Shown here piece by piece: positions 39,296 through 48,380 of a DNA stretch of 64,000 nucleotides; within the stretch, counting starts at the first letter, position 1, and each line of letters begins with the position of its first letter. The stretch comes from Escherichia phage vB_EcoM_Schickermooser, in sequence record NC_048196.1; one strand, written 5' to 3'. The translations under genes were made by a program, and so were the position numbers. The notes under the pieces are model-generated. The model was given only the letters and a program-made list of their open reading frames with translations, was not told the origin of the DNA and did not search any database.

Positions 39296-39658
39296 TTAAC
39301 CTAAACACATACGTGCGATCAGACCCTGGATGAGTTTATCTGCTTCTTCGCGATCATAGTCGGTATCTTCTATACCACCATCTTCGTCACGATAAACTTT
39401 ACCTTCCAGGTACCCAGCATCGATCAAACCAATAATCAAATCGAACTGCCAGCAAGAGTTACCGAAAGGACGTTTTCCACTGAAACTGTCTTCTTCTTCC
39501 CAAAGTGTAGAGAGCAGTCGTCTGAAATATTCACGCACAGTAACAGTGCCAAGATCATCGTCTTCAAAAACAACATCTAAAGCATCTGGTTCAGCTTTCT
39601 CTACAACAGGCACATAACGTTGACCATTAATAACAACATCTACAATCGTTTCTCTCAT
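39296..39658 (-). CDS. hypothetical acidic protein (120 aa)
   Basis: ORF in gene train. Confidence 0.5.
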   Translation of the reverse strand: MRETIVDVVINGQRYVPVVEKAEPDALDVVFEDDDLGTVTVREYFRRLLSTLWEEEDSFSGKRPFGNSCWQFDLIIGLIDAGYLEGKVYRDEDGGIEDTDYDREEADKLIQGLIARMCLG

Positions 39659-40017
39659 TTTTCCTCCTTCTTGTATTCTAAGAACATGTCAACTTCATAA
39701 GCTGTCCGTTCATCAAATTTGCTAGGATCTACTAAAATAAAAAGTTGTTTATTTATATCTTGAAACTCTTTTACTACAATGTAAAGGTGTTTCTTACAAG
39801 AGAAGCTTGTTGCTTGATAAGCATCACCCCAATTATCCACACCTTTTAATGTTTCTACATACTTACATTTTATTTTATCTTTACCATCTTGGTAAAGTGC
39901 TTCACCTCCGAACCATGTGAAGAATTTAGTGCGATCTGCCCCAACCTTAAAGCCGTCACGAGCAAAAACACCAGTAGAGGCTAGTAACAGCAAGGCAAAC
40001 AGCACTTTTCTCATCAC
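39655..40017 (-). CDS. putative secreted protein (120 aa)
   Basis: N-terminal signal peptide MMRKVLFALLLLASTGVFA. Confidence 0.5.
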   Translation of the reverse strand: MMRKVLFALLLLASTGVFARDGFKVGADRTKFFTWFGGEALYQDGKDKIKCKYVETLKGVDNWGDAYQATSFSCKKHLYIVVKEFQDINKQLFILVDPSKFDERTAYEVDMFLEYKKEEK

Positions 40018-40325
40018 ATCTCCTCGTCGGACTTCAAGGCTTTAGAGAATACTACATTAAACATTTCACCGCAACCATTATTAACATAATACATGATGTA
40101 ATTATCATCTTCATCTACAGGCGCACGATACTCCAATTCATAACTATACAAATTAGAATTACTTGTGCAACCTTGTGGATACCAAAAGTAAAGTTCACCC
40201 CAAGATTCTACCCATTTAAGACCAGTCCGATCTTCAAACACCAATGTAGAAGGGTTTTCTGAATCTTTCACAGCTTCTTCATACTGTTGATGTACCATGA
40301 CTGCTAATGACAATGTACTCATCAC
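40014..40325 (-). CDS. hypothetical protein (103 aa)
   Basis: ORF; likely true start is ATG at 40322. Confidence 0.5.
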   Translation of the reverse strand: MMSTLSLAVMVHQQYEEAVKDSENPSTLVFEDRTGLKWVESWGELYFWYPQGCTSNSNLYSYELEYRAPVDEDDNYIMYYVNNGCGEMFNVVFSKALKSDEEM

Positions 40326-40495
40326 GCCTCCAAATAGTGTTTACAAATGACAAAACGCCATGTTTGTTTGTAATAGTCTCTTTTTTCAAGAGCCTCTTTG
40401 TAAGAGGGTATACGTTGCGACAGAAGCATCCATTCACAATCTGCACCCATTCTTCCATAAAGCGCGTAACGGATGTTACTTTGTTTATCTCCCAT
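40322..40495 (-). CDS. hypothetical small protein (about 57 aa; not in ORF track)
   Basis: Hand-translated: ATG at 40495 preceded by AGGAGG; stop TGA overlaps the ATG of the next gene (TGATG). Confidence 0.4.
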   Translation of the reverse strand: MGDKQSNIRYALYGRMGADCEWMLLSQRIPSYKEALEKRDYYKQTWRFVICKHYLEA

Positions 40496-40538
40496 AAATG
40501 CCTCCTTAATCTTGTTTACAAGTATACCCTCTAATTAG

Positions 40539-40736
40539 TTACACTTTTTCCCAAGTACCAAAAGCACAGGAAGGGTAGATTCCAACTTGAGGGTTTCCGT
40601 TATCATCTTTGAAAGTAAAACTGTTGTTGTCTTTATCAAGAACTGTAGAATAAATCTTACCAACAGTAACGCAGTTGGAAGCTTGACCCAGTTCAGTAAG
40701 AGTAAGACATTTCATTTTCTGTTTCTTTGTAGCCAT
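40539..40736 (-). CDS. hypothetical protein (65 aa)
   Basis: Small ORF. Confidence 0.4.
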   Translation of the reverse strand: MATKKQKMKCLTLTELGQASNCVTVGKIYSTVLDKDNNSFTFKDDNGNPQVGIYPSCAFGTWEKV

Positions 40737-40818
40737 TTATAAAGTCTCCTTAGTAAGTGAATCTTTATTCTACACAAAGAGCTTTGCACATGTCAAGTAA
40801 CTCTTTGTGAGATTAATC

Positions 40819-41088
40819 TTAATGATTGATGATGTTGATGACGATCTTAGTTTCAACCTTAGCCCAACAGGAATCTGCTTCATTAAAACGACTATTTGCA
40901 ATGTATTCTCCTGCACGAGAACCTGTTAAGCAAACTGCACCTGTATCTGTAGCTAAGTAGTAGTCCCGTTCTTGTTCATTTACTTCTGAGTTGTAGTAAT
41001 AGAAAACAGACATAGGTTCAATTTCAGATAAACGGTATAACTTTGGAACAGGGGATTTCTCGATAAACTCAACAGAAGTTTTACTCAT
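40819..41088 (-). CDS. hypothetical protein (89 aa)
   Basis: Small ORF. Confidence 0.45.
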   Translation of the reverse strand: MSKTSVEFIEKSPVPKLYRLSEIEPMSVFYYYNSEVNEQERDYYLATDTGAVCLTGSRAGEYIANSRFNEADSCWAKVETKIVINIINH

Positions 41089-41321
41089 TTGTTTTCTCCT
41101 AGATCTAAACTAATTAAGAAGTCACGAAGGATGATCATTTGTTCTGTAGATAATGATAATACACCTTCTCCATAAATATCACCAGACCATTCAGCAGTTA
41201 GATCTAGTGTACCAGTACCAGGAAACCAATCAATAGTGATCTGATTACCATTAGAGTCAGGTAGTATTTCACTGACTAACATAACACACTCTCCTATTAT
41301 TGTTCTTGATCTTACGATCAT
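41085..41321 (-). CDS. hypothetical protein (78 aa)
   Basis: Small ORF with stop overlapping next start. Confidence 0.45.
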   Translation of the reverse strand: MIVRSRTIIGECVMLVSEILPDSNGNQITIDWFPGTGTLDLTAEWSGDIYGEGVLSLSTEQMIILRDFLISLDLGENK

Positions 41322-41451
41322 CTACCGATAAGAACAAGTACTTAAATCTCTGTTCTTCGAACATCTAACGATAGAGATTAATCTATTACATAATCTATAC
41401 TCGCTATCGCTCGACCCTTCGGGGTTAGGGTAGCATATTTTTTGAAAAAAG

Positions 41452-41808
41452 TCAACACTTATTTTTGGTAAGTAGATAAATCAATTGTTCACCTGCTTCT
41501 GGTGCATATAGTGCTTTAGTATCGAAGTCAAAGAAGTGAGTGACTCCTGTTACTTTGGATGCCTGAATAGATAATCGTGCAAGCTTAAGCAGATTATCCA
41601 TTTCTGCAATCTTTGCACGAAACACTGCACGTGTAGCGTCAAAAGCTGCATGTGGCATGTATTTACGATTTAGACTACTACGTTTAAATTTACGATAATC
41701 TGCAATGATCTTGTTACGTTCTTTGTTCAAGTGCTTTACCAGTGCAGTGTATACATGTGGTTCTTTGTTAGCCATTGTTAATCTCCTCTTCATATGTTGG
41801 TAGTGCAT
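41452..41808 (-). CDS. hypothetical basic protein (118 aa)
   Basis: ORF. Confidence 0.5.
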   Translation of the reverse strand: MHYQHMKRRLTMANKEPHVYTALVKHLNKERNKIIADYRKFKRSSLNRKYMPHAAFDATRAVFRAKIAEMDNLLKLARLSIQASKVTGVTHFFDFDTKALYAPEAGEQLIYLLTKNKC

Positions 41809-41980
41809 GGTATGCGATCACAGGTGCCAAGTCAAAATAAAAATGACCATTGATAACAGCTATCGTGCCATTGCGTGTTTTGTTAACTTCACAGAATCCC
41901 TTCTTGCCGTTTGCCATGATTACAAGCCACTCTCCGATAGGAACATCCTCGGTACCAGATACTTTAATCCATCCACTCAC
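41768..41980 (-). CDS. hypothetical protein (70 aa)
   Basis: Small ORF. Confidence 0.4.
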   Translation of the reverse strand: MSGWIKVSGTEDVPIGEWLVIMANGKKGFCEVNKTRNGTIAVINGHFYFDLAPVIAYHALPTYEEEINNG

Positions 41981-42234
41981 TTTACTTCCCCTTTGTAATC
42001 GGACACTATACCAGGTCTTACTTTTGCCTTAAGATGTTTCAACTCTACCATAGGAGTTGCCACTTGTATAGGGCTAACTTCAACCTTGTAGATAGTATAT
42101 TCATAAGTCGCATATTTACCGATGGAATGCAAATACTTAATTGCGTGTTCAGGGGAATCTGCTTCAACATACCCTAAATCTTTCGTAGTACGACCTTCGG
42201 TATCGCCTTCAGTGGTTACGTGATAAAGTGTCAT
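41977..42234 (-). CDS. hypothetical protein (85 aa)
   Basis: Small ORF. Confidence 0.45.
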   Translation of the reverse strand: MTLYHVTTEGDTEGRTTKDLGYVEADSPEHAIKYLHSIGKYATYEYTIYKVEVSPIQVATPMVELKHLKAKVRPGIVSDYKGEVK

Positions 42235-42554
42235 AAAACCTCCTTCTGGTTGGCTGCTTCAATCATAACGTTAAGAGTCTCCATACCGCTTTCAACTGCT
42301 TGAGCAATCTCTTGGAACACTGTTTTCTTAAAGATGTATAAAGATCCTGCCTGTAAGCGTTGCACACAGCATAAGAGGGTTTGGTGATCCATAACAAAGT
42401 CTCCATAAGCACAATCAATTTTCCCTGTGATTGGGTTGTCTCGTGAGCGAGGATCGTATTCTAATGTGATATGCGTTACACCAGGTAAAGTAACAAACTG
42501 ACAACGGATGTTGACACGTGGTGCAATTGACACGCTAAACAAACTGTTTGACAT
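42231..42554 (-). CDS. hypothetical protein (107 aa)
   Basis: ORF. Confidence 0.5.
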   Translation of the reverse strand: MSNSLFSVSIAPRVNIRCQFVTLPGVTHITLEYDPRSRDNPITGKIDCAYGDFVMDHQTLLCCVQRLQAGSLYIFKKTVFQEIAQAVESGMETLNVMIEAANQKEVL

Positions 42555-42697
42555 TTAAACCTCCTCGTAGTAAGGCAAAGCTTTGATCAGCTGTTCTGAA
42601 GTGCCATTCTCTGTCCATGTAACCCCGTTGTCAAGAGAAACATACCCTTTCTTATCGATAAATTTACGGAGACAACCAGTGAACTTGTTTTTGTAGA

Positions 42698-43132
42698 TCA
42701 TTTCTTCTTTCCTTTCTTTAATTTGTTGTGACCTTTACCCTTATAAAGCTTGTGATTACGAGCAGATGGGTTATTTTGGTTCTCCAGTCGGCTAACAGGT
42801 GTATTCCAAAGATTTCCTGCTACAAAAGATGCTGCCACAAGTTCTTCCAGGTATACAAAATCCAAAGCAGGTATCTTTGTTTCCCTCATCTTGCGTTCTA
42901 CATTAGACAACACGCCTTCTTCCTTGCTGTCTTCTTTTTCAATTACAGACCAACCCTCTTCCTGCCAAGCTTCCCCTCTGAACCAAGTTTCCATGTTATA
43001 ACCTTGTTCGTCGAGAATAACACCATCTCGCATCTCAAACCATTCACCACCGCAAAAATAACTGTGCTCAACACGTCTACCTTCCTTCATTGCTTCTTTA
43101 GCTTCGGTCCAAGTCAGTTTGATGTTTTGCAT
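42698..43132 (-). CDS. hypothetical protein (144 aa), first gene of the minus-strand block
   Basis: GAGGAG RBS; preceded by a TTGACA-16-TAAGAT promoter on the minus strand. Confidence 0.5.
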   Translation of the reverse strand: MQNIKLTWTEAKEAMKEGRRVEHSYFCGGEWFEMRDGVILDEQGYNMETWFRGEAWQEEGWSVIEKEDSKEEGVLSNVERKMRETKIPALDFVYLEELVAASFVAGNLWNTPVSRLENQNNPSARNHKLYKGKGHNKLKKGKKK

Positions 43133-43162
43133 TTGTTTTCTCCTCTTGTTTTGTATGAGTTG

Positions 43163-43190
43163 ATCTTAACAGGACTAAAAAGCATGTCAA
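43163..43190 (-). promoter_or_regulatory. sigma70-like promoter TTGACA-16-TAAGAT driving the minus-strand block
   Basis: Minus-strand reading TTGACATGCTTTTTAGTCCTGTTAAGAT. Confidence 0.55.
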
Positions 43191-43193
43191 TAC

Positions 43194-43222
43194 TTGATCT
43201 GAAATTATTTTCAGGTATCATA
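43194..43222 (+). promoter_or_regulatory. candidate divergent plus-strand promoter (TTGATC-16/17-TATCAT)
   Basis: Weaker hexamers upstream of 43247 gene; back-to-back with the minus-strand promoter. Confidence 0.35.
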
Positions 43223-43246
43223 TATGAACATTAACAAGAGAGGTAG

Positions 43247-43540
43247 ATGATGAACATTACTTTAGCAACTAAGAATATTTCTGAGACAATTAACGGTTTT
43301 GGTGTCATTGTAGCCTTACACGGTAACAACGAGAAATGGTTGGCTTCTTTTGAAGAGGATCGTCAGCACAACATTATTTTAGATGCTCCTATAAAAGTTA
43401 TGCATATCGTTGGTGAAAGCAAAGTGCTCACTTCCTCCCGTTCAAAAGAACAAATTACAAATGAATTAGTAAAACTGCTTGACAATGTTCTTAACATGTT
43501 TGATAATGCACCCATCGATACAAAACGTGTCTTAATGTGA
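43247..43540 (+). CDS. hypothetical protein (97 aa)
   Basis: First plus-strand ORF after strand switch; AGAGG RBS. Confidence 0.5.
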   Translation: MMNITLATKNISETINGFGVIVALHGNNEKWLASFEEDRQHNIILDAPIKVMHIVGESKVLTSSRSKEQITNELVKLLDNVLNMFDNAPIDTKRVLM

Positions 43541-43552
43541 GAGGAGAACCAA

Positions 43553-43840
43553 ATGTATTATTCACAAAATGAAGTAGCAAACATTAAACTGGCAGTTGGC
43601 GATCTTATTGTGTCACCTAACTACCATTGGGATAACACAGACTTGGTTGAAGTAGTAACTCATGTTGGGTTTGAGGGTGTTGTGCTCTACACCCTGGGTG
43701 GAGGTGTTGTTGGGGAAATGGAACGTTATACAACGACCAAGAAACTGGTAAGTTCTTATCGTATGTTCTTGCATCAAGGCTCAGAAGAGTATGCAACCTT
43801 CTTGTTGAAATTGGACGCAGATCGGGAGAAGGCACGATGA
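43553..43840 (+). CDS. hypothetical protein (95 aa)
   Basis: GAGGAG RBS. Confidence 0.5.
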   Translation: MYYSQNEVANIKLAVGDLIVSPNYHWDNTDLVEVVTHVGFEGVVLYTLGGGVVGEMERYTTTKKLVSSYRMFLHQGSEEYATFLLKLDADREKAR

Positions 43841-44193
43841 AAATTGTACACGATGAAATTCAAATAGAAGAAAGTGACCTGATGGATTTGGATGCAGCTT
43901 TGGGGAAGGTAATCTATGCAGGAATTAAAGCCTTCCGTGAGAAGGCAAACAATAGCACGTTTGTCATGATCCCCACTAAACTGATGCGTGTTTTGTATCC
44001 AAATAGAAGTGCGCCGTATACAGATGAAGAAGAGGAGACAGGTAGAAGAGAGTGGTTAAATATTTTAGAAAAGATGGAGAATGCTTTTATTGATAGTGGT
44101 AATCCAGAAATCGTGTATGCTGAAGATCAAAGGAAGGCACGGTTAGAGGGCCGTCTTTTATTCGCTAGTTATTTTGATAATCTTTGGAGCTAA
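43837..44193 (+). CDS. hypothetical protein (118 aa)
   Basis: ATGA overlap with upstream gene. Confidence 0.5.
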   Translation: MKIVHDEIQIEESDLMDLDAALGKVIYAGIKAFREKANNSTFVMIPTKLMRVLYPNRSAPYTDEEEETGRREWLNILEKMENAFIDSGNPEIVYAEDQRKARLEGRLLFASYFDNLWS

Positions 44194-44372
44194 ATATGTC
44201 TGAATTCTTCACAATGGCTTTCTTAGGGATCTATCTGATTATTAGTGCTGTTGGCTTAATCATGTCTCTAATAGAGGAAATGGGAATTAAGTGGAATTGT
44301 GCATTCGGTATAGCTCTTATGCTCACTCCGGTTTGGATCTACATCTGCAAAACAGTTGAACTCATTGGTTAA
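44184..44372 (+). CDS. small membrane protein (62 aa)
   Basis: Two hydrophobic segments. Confidence 0.45.
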   Translation: MELNMSEFFTMAFLGIYLIISAVGLIMSLIEEMGIKWNCAFGIALMLTPVWIYICKTVELIG

Positions 44373-44382
44373 TGGAGGTAAT

Positions 44383-44721
44383 ATGTTTAGTAAAGAAATG
44401 AGAGAGGTGATCGCTACTCTGGTAGTAGATCATGGTGTTGAAGTTGAGCGTCACGTTTGGAAAGATGAGCCTCCTTTCTTTGATTTGGCATCACGGGCTA
44501 AAAGTCACATGTATCTCCTTGAAGATGATAAGGATTTTATTCTGCGTATGCGTTATGATCGAGAGTTTAGAATTCCTCTTGACACAGATCCTGATGATGT
44601 AGTATTGTGGTTGGCAGAGCATTTCGCATTTAACGCTCTACATGGAAGAAGTTTTGGTAATGAACGTTGGGATACTATTTGTCGTAAACATAATATTGAA
44701 CCAGAATACGGGAGTCTTTAA
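44383..44721 (+). CDS. hypothetical protein (112 aa)
   Basis: GGAGG RBS before ATG at 44383 (ORF-track start 44356 is a likely over-extension). Confidence 0.5.
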   Translation: MFSKEMREVIATLVVDHGVEVERHVWKDEPPFFDLASRAKSHMYLLEDDKDFILRMRYDREFRIPLDTDPDDVVLWLAEHFAFNALHGRSFGNERWDTICRKHNIEPEYGSL

Positions 44722-44972
44722 TGCTAAGTATCAAACCTAAAATGATTACTGAAGATCAAAAAGATTACATTTATAAATGTGGTCGGGTGTGGAAAGAATA
44801 CACTAAAGGTAATGAAGTTATTGTAGTTACGGAACATGCTATTTCTTTATCAGATCTTTTTGGTGATTATTTGCAAGTCATTAAAATTGGTATTGACAGA
44901 GGTTTGGTGCAGGTGTTAACATTATCCCAAGTTGAAGCAGAACACTTAGACAAAATCATTGTCGAGTTCTAA
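44721..44972 (+). CDS. hypothetical protein (83 aa)
   Basis: Small ORF. Confidence 0.5.
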   Translation: MLSIKPKMITEDQKDYIYKCGRVWKEYTKGNEVIVVTEHAISLSDLFGDYLQVIKIGIDRGLVQVLTLSQVEAEHLDKIIVEF

Positions 44973-44985
44973 GAGGAGAAAGAAT

Positions 44986-45150
44986 ATGATCTCTTTAGAA
45001 TCAATAGCTTTTAAGAAGGGGTATACCGCAGGGTTCAAGTTTGGTATGTTTAATAAAGTAAATCCATATTGTCCAATGACACACAAAAAGGAATTCGAAG
45101 AATGGGAAGATGGATTTTCTAAAGGCTATCAGGCAAAAGGTTGGTTGTAA
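44986..45150 (+). CDS. hypothetical protein (54 aa)
   Basis: GAGGAG RBS before ATG at 44986. Confidence 0.45.
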   Translation: MISLESIAFKKGYTAGFKFGMFNKVNPYCPMTHKKEFEEWEDGFSKGYQAKGWL

Positions 45151-45159
45151 GGAGAGAAT

Positions 45160-45324
45160 ATGATTTTAAACTTCATCATCAACTTGTGTTTGACATTGGG
45201 GTTACTCTGTGCAATAGTATCCCCTTTGGTTGGTGAATATTGTTCTGAACTGGCGATGTTTATAGTTCTTGGTGCGGCTATTGCTAATATGTTTGTCGCT
45301 GCGATTTGTATGTTGTGGGAATAG
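45160..45324 (+). CDS. small hydrophobic membrane peptide (54 aa; not in ORF track)
   Basis: Hand-translated MILNFIINLCLTLGLLCAIVSPLVGEYCSELAMFIVLGAAIANMFVAAICMLWE; GGAGAG RBS. Confidence 0.4.
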   Translation: MILNFIINLCLTLGLLCAIVSPLVGEYCSELAMFIVLGAAIANMFVAAICMLWE

Positions 45325-45335
45325 GAGGGAAGTTT

Positions 45336-45692
45336 ATGAAAAAACTAATCTTAGCCACATTGCTGGCTACCGTAAGCTTCACCACTTACGCTCAAAAATT
45401 TGTAGCAGTTAAAACAGATATTGGTAAAGATGTTGTGATCACAGGCAACAAGTTTTACTATACACCTGGGAATGGTGTTCTAGAAGAGTGTAAAGATGTT
45501 GAGGCATATACGGGAAAAGAAGATAACACGGAACGTCCTTTTTATTCGATTATAGCTACTTGCAAAAATGAAATAGTAGCTATTAAACAATACAAAGATG
45601 CCCCTGGAGGAGAGTACTTATTAGTCAAGAATATTAAGAGTGAAAAAACTGCAAAGTTTACAGTAATTATTTTAAAAGGAGAAACGTTCTAA
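45336..45692 (+). CDS. putative secreted protein (118 aa)
   Basis: GGAGGG RBS; signal peptide MKKLILATLLATVSFTTYA. Confidence 0.5.
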   Translation: MKKLILATLLATVSFTTYAQKFVAVKTDIGKDVVITGNKFYYTPGNGVLEECKDVEAYTGKEDNTERPFYSIIATCKNEIVAIKQYKDAPGGEYLLVKNIKSEKTAKFTVIILKGETF

Positions 45693-46831
45693 TGAAATAC
45701 ACTATTTTTGGAGATGTAGCTGTTGTAAATAAGGAATATGGCGTTGAAGCTAATAAACTTCCTGCTGGAGTTTGGGTTGTCAACTGCGATCCGCACGGTA
45801 ACTACTCTTTAGTGCGTGGTGAAAGTTTCTCTCTTCCGAACACTCTTTATGGGGAAACTAAAAATCGCGCCGCACATGTTATTAAAACATTTGCTCGTCG
45901 TAGTAAAGAAGGTAAAAATACTGGGGTGTTACTGACAGGGACAAAAGGCAGTGGTAAGACGATGTTAGCTAAACTGATTAGCATGTCTCTAATGTCCACA
46001 GAAGGTTTAGGTATTCCAACCATTTTGGTTACACAGCCTTACACAGATGCTGGCTTCTTAGAATTTATGAGTAAAATTACAGATCGTGCTGTTGTTTTAT
46101 TTGACGAATTTGATAAAGTGTACGCTAAGAAAGAAGATCAGGAAGCACTGTTGACCTTGTTGGATGGAACAGGAAGTGGGAATAAACTTTACATCCTCAC
46201 TAAAAATAGTGGTTATATCTCGGAATATTTTGTAAACCGTCCTAGTCGTATCTACTACAGTTTCAATTACGATAAACTGTCTAGTGAAACTATGTTAGAT
46301 TACTTGGATAAGAACTTGGTAAATAAAAAGCACGTAGATAACTTCCAACGTTTATGGGATGTTAGCACAGAGTTGTCTTTCGATGTTATTCAAGGCATTG
46401 TAGAAGAATTGAATTTCTATCCAAAAATGACTTTTAAAGAATGTCTTGAAATGATGGGTATTTCTTTAGGGAACGATGCTAAATGGAATGTGGCTTCTAT
46501 CGTAGCTAATGGCAAAACCTTGAAGGTGAATTGGATCAATAACTGGCACGACTTCACCCCTACTAAGTTTTTGTCGGGTGCTTGTTCCCTGAACATCTAT
46601 CTACAAAGTTTGAAAGATGATGAAGTGGAAGCAATGGAAACCAACAGTTATGTTATCCTGGATGAAGATGGTGATCCACATATTGATCTATGTGCAACGG
46701 CTGATGGTCTAACTTGTGATCTGATTGAAGGTGGTAAGATTCTGGTTATGAGCACTACACCAGGAAACACTTTGCGAGTGGTGCTGGAGCCTGTAACACA
46801 ACGTTCCACTACGCTTGGTAGCGTGTTCTAA
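45692..46831 (+). CDS. P-loop NTPase (AAA-like ATPase; 379 aa)
   Basis: Walker A GVLLTGTKGSGKTMLAKL and Walker B VVLFDEFDKV. Confidence 0.65.
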   Translation: MKYTIFGDVAVVNKEYGVEANKLPAGVWVVNCDPHGNYSLVRGESFSLPNTLYGETKNRAAHVIKTFARRSKEGKNTGVLLTGTKGSGKTMLAKLISMSLMSTEGLGIPTILVTQPYTDAGFLEFMSKITDRAVVLFDEFDKVYAKKEDQEALLTLLDGTGSGNKLYILTKNSGYISEYFVNRPSRIYYSFNYDKLSSETMLDYLDKNLVNKKHVDNFQRLWDVSTELSFDVIQGIVEELNFYPKMTFKECLEMMGISLGNDAKWNVASIVANGKTLKVNWINNWHDFTPTKFLSGACSLNIYLQSLKDDEVEAMETNSYVILDEDGDPHIDLCATADGLTCDLIEGGKILVMSTTPGNTLRVVLEPVTQRSTTLGSVF

Positions 46832-46835
46832 TAAA

Positions 46836-46860
46836 GATGCCCCGCAAGGGGCATTTGTTA
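46836..46860 (+). terminator. rho-independent terminator (ATGCCCC-GCAA-GGGGCAT + TTTGTT)
   Basis: 7-bp stem with GCAA tetraloop right after ATPase stop. Confidence 0.7.
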
Positions 46861-46919
46861 TGGAGGGATTTTAGTTATTCTTTTGTTGTAGGCTCGCACT
46901 AATAGCTAAAGGGGGAGGT

Positions 46920-48380
46920 GTGCCAAAAATAGTCACTTGGGAACAATATAAAACAGATATAAAACAAGCTTATCAAGGTAAGTCTTGGACTGTTGTAGAT
47001 TATATTGAGCCGTGGAACGGCAATAAAACTAAACTCAGATGCATCTGTGCTCTGCATGGAGAATGGAAAACAACAAGCATAAATACCGCTAAACTAGGGA
47101 GGGGTTGTCCAGAATGCGGTAGGGAGATTATAAGTAAAGCAGTATCTATAAACAAATCAAAAACCTGGGAGCAATATAAAGAAGAAGTGCAAACCACTTA
47201 CAATCAGGCAGGTAAGTTTTGGACTGTTACAGGATGGCACGGAGAATGGAAAGGATGGAATACTAAACTGGTTTGTTGTTGTGCTTTACATGGGGAGTGG
47301 AGGTCTACTTCTATATCTTCTGCGAAAAACGGGAGTGGATGCAGGAAGTGTATGGGAGAAGCAAACAGAGAAAGAACATCGATTGCATGGGAGAAACATA
47401 AAGAAGAAGTAGAAGAAGCTTATAAAGAAAAACCCTGGATTGTTAGAGGCTATGTGGAACCGTGGAACGGTTCCCGCACTAAGTTGATTTGTGAGTGTAA
47501 GGTTCATGGTCAATGGTGCACTACCACTGTAAACAGTGCTAAACAAGGGACTGGATGCTACAGTTGTCAAAGAGAAATGACGAAACAAAGGAATACTATG
47601 GAGGATAAACAACATGTTGAAGATTTTATAAAAGCTTGTCCTGATAATGTAGAGCGTAAATATTATCGTAGCGATAGAGTAGATAGATTAGGTCGTCAGG
47701 TTTACTGGATTGTAGAATGTCCTATATGTGCAGAGGATGATTATTGTAAAGAAGGCTTATGCGATAATAAATTTGAGATGAAGATGAGTCATTTGAAAAG
47801 GGGTGGCCTTCCTTGCCGTTGTTCTAAATATTATCATTACACTCCTGAACAATGGGCCTACCGTATGACCAAAGCTTGCCAGGAACGAGGGGATCAATTT
47901 ATAGGATTCATTGATAAGGTAAGCAATAACAGCAAGTTTAAATATCTATGTAGGGAGCATGGAGAGCAAACGATCACACCTACCGATTATCTCAATGGGA
48001 AAGGTTGTCCAGGCTGTAAGAACAGAAATATGCAAGAATTTTACATCAATATTATTCTTGATGAGTACGGAGAAGACACGGGAGCTTACAAGTTGGGGAT
48101 TGCAAAGGACAGTGATATCAGGATCAAAGGGCAGAATGCAAACAACAATTACTCTATGCGCCGTATAGCATTGTTCGATCTGCCGTCCTACCAAGCTTGC
48201 AGGGCGTTAGAGAGTAAGCTAAAGTCTAAGACTGATCAGATTCTACCGTCTATTGGCTGTGTAGAACGCTTGCACATGAAAGATGGTCATAGTGAAACCT
48301 TCCTGCGCGAGGATTTGGCTATCGTCTTAAGTGCTATCAACCAAGCAGGTGGAATAATGAGAGAGGAGGAAACATGTTAG
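46920..48380 (+). CDS. Cys-rich tandem-repeat protein with possible C-terminal GIY-YIG-like nuclease region (486 aa)
   Basis: GTG start with AAAGGGGGAGG RBS; three ~70-aa repeats each with WEQYK...W(T/I)V...PWNG..TKL.C.C..HGEW..T...SAK.G.GC..C; C-terminal EFYINIIL...YKLGIAKD is loosely GIY-YIG-like. Confidence 0.6.
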   Translation: MPKIVTWEQYKTDIKQAYQGKSWTVVDYIEPWNGNKTKLRCICALHGEWKTTSINTAKLGRGCPECGREIISKAVSINKSKTWEQYKEEVQTTYNQAGKFWTVTGWHGEWKGWNTKLVCCCALHGEWRSTSISSAKNGSGCRKCMGEANRERTSIAWEKHKEEVEEAYKEKPWIVRGYVEPWNGSRTKLICECKVHGQWCTTTVNSAKQGTGCYSCQREMTKQRNTMEDKQHVEDFIKACPDNVERKYYRSDRVDRLGRQVYWIVECPICAEDDYCKEGLCDNKFEMKMSHLKRGGLPCRCSKYYHYTPEQWAYRMTKACQERGDQFIGFIDKVSNNSKFKYLCREHGEQTITPTDYLNGKGCPGCKNRNMQEFYINIILDEYGEDTGAYKLGIAKDSDIRIKGQNANNNYSMRRIALFDLPSYQACRALESKLKSKTDQILPSIGCVERLHMKDGHSETFLREDLAIVLSAINQAGGIMREEETC

